Below are positions 33,742-42,331 of a stretch of DNA of 64,000 nt, piece after piece. This stretch comes from Candidatus Woesebacteria bacterium (GTDB taxonomy: Bacteria; Patescibacteriota; Microgenomatia; UBA1400; UBA1396). Every line of letters starts with the position of its first letter. Position 1 is the stretch's first letter. Both the position numbers and the translations under genes were made by a program. The notes under the pieces are model-generated. The model ran no database searches. It was given only the letters and a program-made list of their open reading frames with translations, and was not told the DNA's origin. The stretch covers positions 1,223 through 65,222 of the forward strand of contig CAVVNJ010000010.1 of NCBI GenBank assembly GCA_963749595.1. The letters are read 5' to 3'.

Positions 33742-36700
33742 CTATGACCGGCAGTTGCCGATCCGCTGACGTAAAAGCACCGCGTCATCACGCAACTGCT
33801 GCTGGGCCGCTTCAACCTCCGCGTCGTAGGTCCCGGTGGCTTTGGCCGCACGCGTCACTTGGGTTGCCAGTTCATCGAGCAAATCGAGTTGGGCGCGAAT
33901 GTATGCACCATGAGTGGAACTGGCTCCATAGCCGTTAAACATTTGGACATCATTGTTGCCGAGAACATATGAACCCTGGGAATAAGCGATAAAGCAAGCC
34001 AGACCGTCTTCCGGAGTGTTGTTGGTACTGGTTGTCCGGCCGGCTCGCTCGTCAATACAGGTGTCGGCCACGACTGCTCCAGTTTGATAAGCCGGTCCAT
34101 ACTTGGCTGCAAAAACCGGATGCAAAACCTCTGCGCCACCAGCCGTTTCCACCGTACAAGCCACACCGTCCAGAGTGGCGGCGGGTTTATAGGTATCAAA
34201 GGCCGGAATACCGCAACCATAAGCAAAACCTAAGCCACCGGTCGGCCCGCCTTCACTATGAGCAATAACGTAGGCGACTAAGGGGTTGATATACAAACTG
34301 CCGGCGCCAACCGGGACCGAAGTCGTGGTTTGGACAATAAACTCCGGACAAGTCAGACCACCACAATCACCAAACGGGTTGGCGCCGGTATAGGTTTCCT
34401 TAAGCCAGTCCCAAATTTCCGGTTTACGAATCGCCGCCAAAAGATGTTGACCAAAGCGCGTCGCCTCTTCCTGCGAAACATAGAGCAAGTCACAAGTCTG
34501 CACCGGCTTGGCCGAGGCGTAGGTAAGATTGATATTTTCGACCAAAGCCTGGAAGTAGGCGCTTAGATCTTTGAGCGCTTGTTCTAAATCACGCGTCAGC
34601 CCCCTCACTCCAGGCTTGGGCCCGGTCGCGCCCACACCCTGATAGTACTTCTCCAATCCGGGATAAACTTGGAAATTCTGCAAATAACCAGGGGTGAATA
34701 CTTGGCGGCGCAAAAATTCGTTTAGAGCCGCCAACTGACCCGGAGTTTGCGGATTGGCGTTGGGCGATTTTCCGGGCTCGGCACCCTGTAGATCCACCAA
34801 GCTGGTCTGGATGTATTCTTCCTTGCGACAGCCGTTGGCCGGGGTTGGTTGCATGCTGGCAAAATTCGGATCGTACTCCACCCAAGGTGGATCGACGTCT
34901 TGATAAATAATAGTGCTGCTACAGGTACAGCCGGTATGGATCAGCGGTGAAACACATGCGGCGGCATAGATGGTCGTCATTTTCTGGGCGTAGCCCTCCA
35001 GATTATCGCTTTTAACTTTGCGGGTTAATCCCAACGTCCGCAAAAATGCCGAGAGTGGCTGCTGATCCTCCGTCGGCTTAGGATTACCGTCTTCATCCAG
35101 ATTAAAAGGATAAATCGGGTTTTCGCCCTTCATAATGCTGGCGTACATTTCCGGACTTAAAAACATCGGCGTGACGTAGGCCTGCTCGATATCGATATTC
35201 AGGGCCTCATCTGGCAGAACCAAATAAGCTCGCTGCTGCCTTTCTTCAATGGGAGGATTGTAGTTTTGGACCATAATTTTTCCGGAAATACGGGTAATTA
35301 CCTCGGTAATCGCTTTTTTGGCGCCCTCGACCGACGGCTCTGCCACTACTTCGCTCAGCTGCTGGAGAGCATAACTAACAATGTCCTGCGCCTCCTCAAC
35401 CTGGCCAAATTTTTTATTCTCTGGATCGACTTCACAACGGTTAAAAGAACGCTCGGAAAGCGGCCCCGCCTCTGGATTGGTACCGTTGATTGTCTCCTGG
35501 GCGGTCGGGTAAGGGACCGACTCCTGAATACCCGCGTTTACGCGGGCCACTAACTGCAGCTTCAATTGCTCCAAGTAAGCATTGTCCGGCTCAAAGCCCT
35601 CTGGAAAGGCTTTTTGCAAATCCTCATAGGTTTCATTCTGGCAAGTTTTATCCTCCTTATCCTTCTTCAGACAAAGACAATCGGAGGGGGTGGAACATTC
35701 GGTAATCGGAGGCGTGCTTGCGTCTTTCACCACCTCGTCGTCATAAGTCAGAGAATAAGCCGGTTGACCGATTAAATTTCCACCAACTATTTGTTGGGTC
35801 AGTTCATAGTTCTCATCGACGGTCTTCAACCGATCGGTGGCGATACTTTTTTGAACGTAATCTGGCAATAGTTGGGCATAGGTCCGCCAGACCGAGCCGG
35901 CAAAGTTCGTCGGTTGTTCTTTAACCTGGATCGGATCCTTAATCGTGGTTGGGTCGATACTATAGGGACGGAATTGAGTTTGATCATACTCATTGGGCGT
36001 CAAGCCGGAGTTGTACCAGACCGGAACCACGACTAGTTTTTCGCCGCCTGACACTCCAAATCCGGGCTGATCTTCCGTTCCACTAAACCAGGCAGCGATC
36101 TGTTGCGTTAAAAACTGGCCGAGCAATGGATATTTAGCACCATATAACCAAATGTGTTGAACAATGAAACCCATTTTGAAAACCTTGGGCGTAAAAGGTT
36201 GAATGCTGCTCACAATCTGGGCGCGCCGGGTATTCCGGGCGGCCTCATCCGAAAATTTTCGGCAAACCGCTTCACTGCCCAGGGTTCCAGCCAACTCAAA
36301 CAGACGCTGCTCACTGCCATCCGGCAAGGTCACTAAGGCGTTAGCAGAACACGCGGCGGGATCGGCGCCTGGATTCCACTCGCTGCATAAACGCTGGACA
36401 TACTTGATATATCGCACCGCGCTTAAACACTGGATTTCCGGGCTGGATAAATAGAACCGCGGCGCGTAATTGGGGCGGCCGCCTTTTTGCAAAGCCGTCA
36501 AAATTGTTTCTTCCGGGTCGGTTTTGGAAAGATCGGCCTCGATGCTGACCCCACCAAAATCGCTCCGAAACAGCGGAAAAGACATATCAAAAAGATCGAG
36601 CGTTTCTTTGGCATGAATGGTTGGATATTGAGTTTCGTTGCACTGGCCGGCCACGCGAACAATCTTGGCATCATATTCCGGTCCCGGTGCCTGATCGCCG

Positions 36701-37701
36701 GCTTCAAAACAATTGGGCAGAATCGGCTTGATTGCTGGCTCAATCGGTTGATAAATTTGCGGCGGCGCGCAATAAACCTGGGCATTGGCGACATATTTTT
36801 CAATTTCCTCTGTGGTGCGCGGGTAAATAAATACCGGCTTCTCGCTCAACTCGGCTTCCTCCTCACAAAGCAGATCGGTTACCTCATCACCATCGGCATA
36901 GACCTGATGAAAAACCACCTTGCCGCCAGGACCACCTTGCTCGACCATAAAGCCAGTCATTCCTTTGCCCTTGGTAAAGAACATCGTTTCCCCAGTGCCG
37001 GCTCCACCGGTGGTGGTTACGGCGATGACATCGCCACCCGTCCCTTTGGGCGCGCCGCGGAAAGTATCCGGATCAACACTGCGTACAGTTTTGGTAACCA
37101 CGCTCTCGCCGCTATAGGGGGTTTGACAAGGAACCAGCTCGCCTGAGGTAAGATAAGGGTCTTTTTCGTAAGTTACCGCCGCTTCCGGGCTGGAAAAACT
37201 CCCCCCATCAGCGACGCAGCGGGGATAAACCGCTCCCCAGGGACCACTCGCCGATCCTAGGTGGGGCCGGTAGAACGCCGCTGCCCCATTAGTACATTGG
37301 CCGTCCCAAACCTGGTCCTCTAAAAAATAAACGTGTTCGGCATCATAGGAATAAATAAAGTAGGTTCGCCGACCTTCCGCATCCACGCCGCCGCCGATTT
37401 TGTAGGCTTGATCGCCCGGCGCCCCCTGGGCTTTCATTTTGGCCCACTCTTCCGGCGTCAGAGGAATAACATCAACCACTGCGTTGCCCGCCGGCAGAGT
37501 AAACTCGGTGGCACAAACCAAAACGTTGAAACTAACGGCTTTTCCCGGAAACCAATACTCAGCCAAGTCGATTTGCCCAGAACCACAGGCACCAGACGGC
37601 GGGGCCTGAGCCTTGACCGGGTTGAACCGCGGCAACCAGACTGCCAGCCAAGCCAGCACCGCCACCAAAGCGCCGAGAAAAATTGTTTTCCACTGCCGCA
37701 T
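33742..37701 (-). CDS. Giant secreted ORFan protein (1319 aa)
   Basis: The frame is uninterrupted. The signal/anchor is MRQWKTIFLGALVAVLAWLAVWLPRFNPVKAQA. There are many Cys and no catalytic motif was recognised. Confidence 0.6.
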   Translation of the reverse strand: MRQWKTIFLGALVAVLAWLAVWLPRFNPVKAQAPPSGACGSGQIDLAEYWFPGKAVSFNVLVCATEFTLPAGNAVVDVIPLTPEEWAKMKAQGAPGDQAYKIGGGVDAEGRRTYFIYSYDAEHVYFLEDQVWDGQCTNGAAAFYRPHLGSASGPWGAVYPRCVADGGSFSSPEAAVTYEKDPYLTSGELVPCQTPYSGESVVTKTVRSVDPDTFRGAPKGTGGDVIAVTTTGGAGTGETMFFTKGKGMTGFMVEQGGPGGKVVFHQVYADGDEVTDLLCEEEAELSEKPVFIYPRTTEEIEKYVANAQVYCAPPQIYQPIEPAIKPILPNCFEAGDQAPGPEYDAKIVRVAGQCNETQYPTIHAKETLDLFDMSFPLFRSDFGGVSIEADLSKTDPEETILTALQKGGRPNYAPRFYLSSPEIQCLSAVRYIKYVQRLCSEWNPGADPAACSANALVTLPDGSEQRLFELAGTLGSEAVCRKFSDEAARNTRRAQIVSSIQPFTPKVFKMGFIVQHIWLYGAKYPLLGQFLTQQIAAWFSGTEDQPGFGVSGGEKLVVVPVWYNSGLTPNEYDQTQFRPYSIDPTTIKDPIQVKEQPTNFAGSVWRTYAQLLPDYVQKSIATDRLKTVDENYELTQQIVGGNLIGQPAYSLTYDDEVVKDASTPPITECSTPSDCLCLKKDKEDKTCQNETYEDLQKAFPEGFEPDNAYLEQLKLQLVARVNAGIQESVPYPTAQETINGTNPEAGPLSERSFNRCEVDPENKKFGQVEEAQDIVSYALQQLSEVVAEPSVEGAKKAITEVITRISGKIMVQNYNPPIEERQQRAYLVLPDEALNIDIEQAYVTPMFLSPEMYASIMKGENPIYPFNLDEDGNPKPTEDQQPLSAFLRTLGLTRKVKSDNLEGYAQKMTTIYAAACVSPLIHTGCTCSSTIIYQDVDPPWVEYDPNFASMQPTPANGCRKEEYIQTSLVDLQGAEPGKSPNANPQTPGQLAALNEFLRRQVFTPGYLQNFQVYPGLEKYYQGVGATGPKPGVRGLTRDLEQALKDLSAYFQALVENINLTYASAKPVQTCDLLYVSQEEATRFGQHLLAAIRKPEIWDWLKETYTGANPFGDCGGLTCPEFIVQTTTSVPVGAGSLYINPLVAYVIAHSEGGPTGGLGFAYGCGIPAFDTYKPAATLDGVACTVETAGGAEVLHPVFAAKYGPAYQTGAVVADTCIDERAGRTTSTNNTPEDGLACFIAYSQGSYVLGNNDVQMFNGYGASSTHGAYIRAQLDLLDELATQVTRAAKATGTYDAEVEAAQQQLRDDAVLLRQRIGNCRS

Positions 37702-37735
37702 GTATCGCTATTGTAACCTGGATTGCCGAATAACT

Positions 37736-40700
37736 TTAGATCGGACAGGCCCCGCTGGCACACTTCAGGGCTTCAAGATCAATGTCCTCCAGCAATTCTT
37801 CATCCTCTTCAATTTCGTTGAGAACGCGGACAAATTCCCCCGTCGTCATCGGTTGTTCCGGCTGGTACTCGTAGGCGGTGGTGTCTTGCTGCGGCATGAC
37901 CGAGCAACATTTCACCTGACTCTGGTACTGTTTGATCATAGCCGCGTACTGGGTAAAAGCCACTTTCGTCGGATTGTACTTGAGGGTGTAGGAAACTTGA
38001 TTGCCGGTGTCGGGTAAGGGTTGACCACTTTCGTCCACGCCTACAATCCAGTATTTTTCCAACAACATCAACCATTTATACTGCTCCTCAGGAGTAGCTT
38101 CCGCCGCGGTAACCAATCCACCATTCATACCCAGACGACAAATCTCGGGTTGAGTGGGAAAGCCCACGATGGCGGTCCCGGCGTAGCTTTTCAATTCTTT
38201 GACCGGATAACCTTTTTTCTCGTAGCGCTTGACCAAAGGATCATCAACGCGAAACTGCACCCAGCGCAAATATTCGCGCATGCTGGGCAGGTGTGCCCCC
38301 TCCGTCAGAGCAAACAACTTTGACGTTGTTCCAGCTGGTTTAATAGTAGTATTGGTGTGTGGCACCGGCACACCGAGCTGTTGGGCATATTTCGCTGCTT
38401 CTTCCACTACCGCCCGCTTAAAACGAGACAGGCTTAGCCAGAAATCTTGGGCCTTCTCTTCGTCGATCAGATCGCGAAAAGACAAGCCGAAATAATTCCA
38501 AGCAAACTCATGCACTCCGGTCATGCCGACACCAATCCGGTTGGTTCGCTTTACCTCGCGGTTATATAAGGAATCCATGGTGTTAACCCGGATTAGGGCG
38601 CGCGTCGCCGCGCGGAAAGCTTCCTCAGCGTCGTCCAGAGTGGGAGCAAAATACGGCACCACATCCGCGATGACGCAGTAACCGCCCAACATGTTCAGCG
38701 AAATTTCACCACAGGGGTTGACGATTTGGCTATAAACCTTGGACGAAGCATTTTTAGCCAGATGTGCCAACATTTTTTCCGTCCGCTTCATTGGCTGATA
38801 CTTAGCGCTAGCGGCATATTTACCGTCCAAATAGCCATCGTAATTGTCGTCGTTTTGCACTAAGCGATGCTGGTTGATAAAGCCCGGTTCGCCGGTGCCA
38901 TCCTCGTAGCTGGCCCGCAAAATGGCGTCCAAAAGTTTTTGGGAGTGCTGAGTGCGCTGCTTCCAAAACTTTTCGTCCACCGCGACTGAGTTGTTGGCAC
39001 TCCAGAGAAAACCGCCGCGCTTAATGTTAACGAAATCGACAATCTCCGGATCGGTCCAAACCTTAGTGGCAATCCGAGCACTGCGCCGGGCGCCGCCAAC
39101 CAGGACGCATTCCGCCAGATAATGATCCACGTACATCGTTTGCTTCCACGGCGACATGCCGGAACCACGAACCGAGGTCAGGCGTTCAATCGCCCGCATC
39201 AAAGGTTTGGGTCCGGAGGCGGGACGATCCTGCATACCGTGAATCGGCGCGCCCTTGGGCCGGACTTGGGAAAAATCCAAGATCAACAAATCATCTTTGT
39301 GCTTCTTTTCGTAGGCCATGGTTTCGATCATCTCCACTGCCTGAGACCAACCCTCCCGGTGGTCGGGAACGGTAAACCAGATGGAAGAATCACCGTATTT
39401 GTGCCGCGCATCGCGCACGCTCTCATCAATTCCCCAGACGAAATCGGGATGATTCTCGTCAATGACACAGCGCACATTGGGCATAAAATCCCAGTTGACC
39501 ACGCACATGTCGTCGTCATAGGCCCGGCCAACGCCGGAACCGTTCATCAATAAATAGAACATGATGTAGGACGATGAGGCCGTCGAACAGTTGCCGGTTA
39601 GTAACCCATTGGCTAACACAAAACCAGTGGTTACCGGCTCCTCAACACAGAAAACCTCGTCTTTTCCAGCCGGCTCAATGCTTAGTACTTTCCTGGCCTT
39701 GTTTTGGGCCAACCTGATCGAAAATAGAGGCTTCCCGTTCGCATACGAACCGTCCCCGCTCTTCCGGTCGTGGGAAGAAAAACCAGTAATAATAAAGCCG
39801 GCGTAGGGCGCAAATTCTTTTAGCCACTCCGCTGCCTCCGAATTGCTAGTGCTGATCTCCAAACCCTTGGTGGTGGGGTAGGTTTTGGATCCATCAGCCA
39901 ACCACCAGCCAAAAATAAAACCAGCAATGTACGTTGGATCATGGGTAAAAGGTAAATCCTTCCAATCTTTGGCGCCCACATAAACTACCGGATCTCCGCC
40001 GGCATGCTTTGGGTAAGTGGTGGTATAACCACCAAAATACTGTAAAAAGTTCTTATCATCGCCACACAGACGAATCGAGTTGTACTGCTTTCCTTGAGAA
40101 TGGATTCTGCCGCCATAGTCACTGCGCGATTTATGTCCGGTTCCGTCGCCGAAGATTAATCCGTGACGAATGCCTTCTTCATCCCGATTTTCTTCCGATT
40201 TGGCCGACTCTAAAATATCGCCCACCTGCAAATTATCGGTGATGGTGTCATCAGCCAAGAACCAGCGGTGATTCCTGGTGGCCAGAACTTCAGGATGATA
40301 GTTGGTAGCCGCATTATTAACCGGACCAAAAACAATTTTAAACAACTCTTGCTGTCCATAGCTTTTAACTTTGGCTGACCGCCATTGACCATCACGGCTT
40401 TTCACCGTCATTGTCTTTCCAACAACTTCGCCAATCGTTACCGAACCATGCTCTTGTGTCAGAATTTTTGTTGATTTATCAAAACAATTCGTAAAAACTT
40501 CCATGTTGCGCTCGGGCTGGGTTTCATCACCATGTTGCAGATGACGGCCGGACATTAATAAAGTGGCGTTGGCAATGTGTTTTTTGAGCAGTTCGTACTC
40601 GGTCTGACGGTGCTTACGCTGCTTGGCCGGAATAAGACGGGTATTTCCCAGAGCCACCCGCTCCGCCACGTCTTCCCAGGTCTCCATTTGGCCATTAGTC

Positions 40701-40786
40701 TTGGTCCGTAAAATTGTCCGTCGCGCCACGGCGAGGCCCATACCCCGATCCAGACGCCGAACCACAAACTTCATCTTTTTTTTCAC
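37736..40786 (-). CDS. nrdJ: Class II (adenosylcobalamin-type) ribonucleotide reductase NrdJ interrupted by an intein
   Basis: It has ..VNPCGEISL.. and the C-terminal ..KCASGACPI Cys pair. An intein occupies aa 101-399. The 4-nt overlap with the nrdR stop indicates an operon. Confidence 0.9.
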   Translation of the reverse strand: MKKKMKFVVRRLDRGMGLAVARRTILRTKTNGQMETWEDVAERVALGNTRLIPAKQRKHRQTEYELLKKHIANATLLMSGRHLQHGDETQPERNMEVFTNCFDKSTKILTQEHGSVTIGEVVGKTMTVKSRDGQWRSAKVKSYGQQELFKIVFGPVNNAATNYHPEVLATRNHRWFLADDTITDNLQVGDILESAKSEENRDEEGIRHGLIFGDGTGHKSRSDYGGRIHSQGKQYNSIRLCGDDKNFLQYFGGYTTTYPKHAGGDPVVYVGAKDWKDLPFTHDPTYIAGFIFGWWLADGSKTYPTTKGLEISTSNSEAAEWLKEFAPYAGFIITGFSSHDRKSGDGSYANGKPLFSIRLAQNKARKVLSIEPAGKDEVFCVEEPVTTGFVLANGLLTGNCSTASSSYIMFYLLMNGSGVGRAYDDDMCVVNWDFMPNVRCVIDENHPDFVWGIDESVRDARHKYGDSSIWFTVPDHREGWSQAVEMIETMAYEKKHKDDLLILDFSQVRPKGAPIHGMQDRPASGPKPLMRAIERLTSVRGSGMSPWKQTMYVDHYLAECVLVGGARRSARIATKVWTDPEIVDFVNIKRGGFLWSANNSVAVDEKFWKQRTQHSQKLLDAILRASYEDGTGEPGFINQHRLVQNDDNYDGYLDGKYAASAKYQPMKRTEKMLAHLAKNASSKVYSQIVNPCGEISLNMLGGYCVIADVVPYFAPTLDDAEEAFRAATRALIRVNTMDSLYNREVKRTNRIGVGMTGVHEFAWNYFGLSFRDLIDEEKAQDFWLSLSRFKRAVVEEAAKYAQQLGVPVPHTNTTIKPAGTTSKLFALTEGAHLPSMREYLRWVQFRVDDPLVKRYEKKGYPVKELKSYAGTAIVGFPTQPEICRLGMNGGLVTAAEATPEEQYKWLMLLEKYWIVGVDESGQPLPDTGNQVSYTLKYNPTKVAFTQYAAMIKQYQSQVKCCSVMPQQDTTAYEYQPEQPMTTGEFVRVLNEIEEDEELLEDIDLEALKCASGACPI
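39590..40486 (-). mobile_element. Intein (299 aa) with a LAGLIDADG-type homing endonuclease domain
   Basis: The junctions are ..EVFTN|CFDKSTKILT... and ...VLANGLLTGN|CSTASS... The N-terminal residue is Cys, the C-terminal residue is Asn and the +1 residue is Cys. The two dodecapeptide motifs are HGLIFGDGTG and AGFIFGWWLADGS. Confidence 0.8.
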
Positions 40787-41265
40787 GCTTCCTCCTTATC
40801 AGTCACTACCGCCGGCACTTCCTGCAGGCGGGCAATCTCGTCGGCAAAATCCTCCAACGACCGAAAGTCCTTGTAGACCGAAGCAAATAATAGAAAAGCC
40901 ACTTTATCCATTTTTTTCAGCCGATTCATCACCATGTTGCCGATTTCCCAACTCTTGATGGTGGTTGAGGTACGCAGACGCAGGCGCTTTTCGACGTCGT
41001 TCATGAGATCGTCGATGTCCGCCATGGAAACGGGACGCTTCCAAGTAGCTTTAACGATTCCTTTGCGCAACTTTTCCCGATCGAATGGCTCGGCGGCACC
41101 GTCCTTTTTAATGACGGTCAAGTCGACACCCTCAATCCGCTCATAAGTAGTAAAGCGCTTACCACAGTGTTCGCAAACCCGGCGGCGACGGATTGCCGAT
41201 TGATCTTCGGCCACACGGCTCTCTAAAACCGAGATATCAGGATTTTGGCAGTACGGACAGCGCAT
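40783..41265 (-). CDS. nrdR: Transcriptional repressor NrdR
   Basis: MRCPYCQ...CEHCGKRFTTYE is the zinc ribbon, followed by an ATP-cone. ATG at 41265 is preferred over the track start at 41331. Confidence 0.9.
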   Translation of the reverse strand: MRCPYCQNPDISVLESRVAEDQSAIRRRRVCEHCGKRFTTYERIEGVDLTVIKKDGAAEPFDREKLRKGIVKATWKRPVSMADIDDLMNDVEKRLRLRTSTTIKSWEIGNMVMNRLKKMDKVAFLLFASVYKDFRSLEDFADEIARLQEVPAVVTDKEEA

Positions 41266-41290
41266 AAATTGTGTTCTGTTTTTAGTATTT

Positions 41291-41343
41291 TGTGGACCAC
41301 ACCAACTCTTGTCGGTTGAGCGCCCAAACACTACCAGTAGTGG
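41291..41343. promoter_or_regulatory. Two palindromes upstream of nrdR, candidate NrdR boxes
   Basis: They are TGTGGACCACA (41291-41301) and CACTACCAGTAGTG (41330-41343). The arms resemble the ACAC..GTGT NrdR-box arms. Centre spacing is about 40 bp, which is atypical. Confidence 0.3.
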
Positions 41344-41435
41344 CAGGTGTTTCAGTAAAGCACTACATAAGGGGCTTGTAAAGGGATCAGTTTTGGGCCG
41401 TCTTGGGGAGTCGGAGCCAGCTTTTTACCACGTGT

Positions 41436-41895
41436 TTCACGAGTTTGGGATATATACCCTCCCAGCGTTTTGCCTCCCAAATTATCCCTTAAAGTAACCT
41501 TAAACTGCTCCCTAAACTAACCGGTTTGTGGTTACTCTGGGGACTTTTGGACAGATGTGGTCCACTAGTGGTCCATCTTTGGCCAGAGTGGGCAAATAGG
41601 GGTCAAGAATGGGCGAATGGATTCCAATTACTTTCGAGCTTGATTAGCATTGGGAGCAACTACTTATCGACTACTACGCAATCAAGTTCATTCTGACAGC
41701 ATCTTTGGTTTTTAAGTAGTCGATTGGTCCCCAAATTACCCCCTGCTTGCCCGGATGGACTCAAACTAACCCAGTAATGGACCCCTACTGCCCGAAAGGT
41801 CTGATTAAGGACCCTGTTTAGGGTCACCTTTGGGAGTAATTAGAGGCCTCCGGAGGGGACAGTTTGGGAGGCAAAACGCCAGGAGGGTATATATT
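41436..41895. mobile_element. TIR-bounded repeat element, copy A (inverted relative to copy B; RHH ORF deleted/decayed)
   Basis: The ends are TTTCACGAGTTTGGGATATATACCCTCCCAGCGTTTTGCCTCCCAAATTATCCC and GGGGACAGTTTGGGAGGCAAAACGCCAGGAGGGTATATAT. The arms align by eye with 49499-50120. Confidence 0.75.
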
Positions 41896-41933
41896 TCTCC
41901 AGCGGTTGTTAGGGATCACAACGTCTTATTTCT

Positions 41934-41955
41934 ATGTACTAGTATACTAGTACAT
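41934..41955. repeat. Perfect 22-bp palindrome ATGTACTAGTATACTAGTACAT
   Basis: Seen directly. It is intergenic, between the sufT-like stop and TIR element A. Confidence 0.9.
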
Positions 41956-42010
41956 GAAAATGGGAGAAGTGTTTTTCCTGACCATGCTTGATTGGTGAGA
42001 AAGCCAATTT

Positions 42011-42331
42011 TTAGAAACCCAGCTCGGCCTTGGCGGATTCGCTTAAACGATCAATATTCCAGGGCGGATCAAAGGTGAGCTCCAACCGCAGGTCGCGCTC
42101 CGGCAAAAAATCCGGCAAATTGGCTAAAGATTTCTCAATCGATTCCAAAATGGTATCGGCCAGAGGACAAGCGGGTGTGGTGAGAGTGTAGCGAATCACC
42201 ACCAGTGGTGGATTGGTGGGATCCGTCGCCACAATTACCTCATAGATCAAACCCAAATCGACAATATTAATCCCCAATTCCGGATCTATTACCTGGCGCA
42301 AACGCTCCCGGATTTCCGATTCGGTTACCAC
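42011..42331 (-). CDS. DUF59/SufT-like Fe-S cluster assembly factor
   Basis: It contains ..VIDPELGINIVDLGLIYEV...TLTTPACPLADTI... Confidence 0.75.
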   Translation of the reverse strand: MVTESEIRERLRQVIDPELGINIVDLGLIYEVIVATDPTNPPLVVIRYTLTTPACPLADTILESIEKSLANLPDFLPERDLRLELTFDPPWNIDRLSESAKAELGF

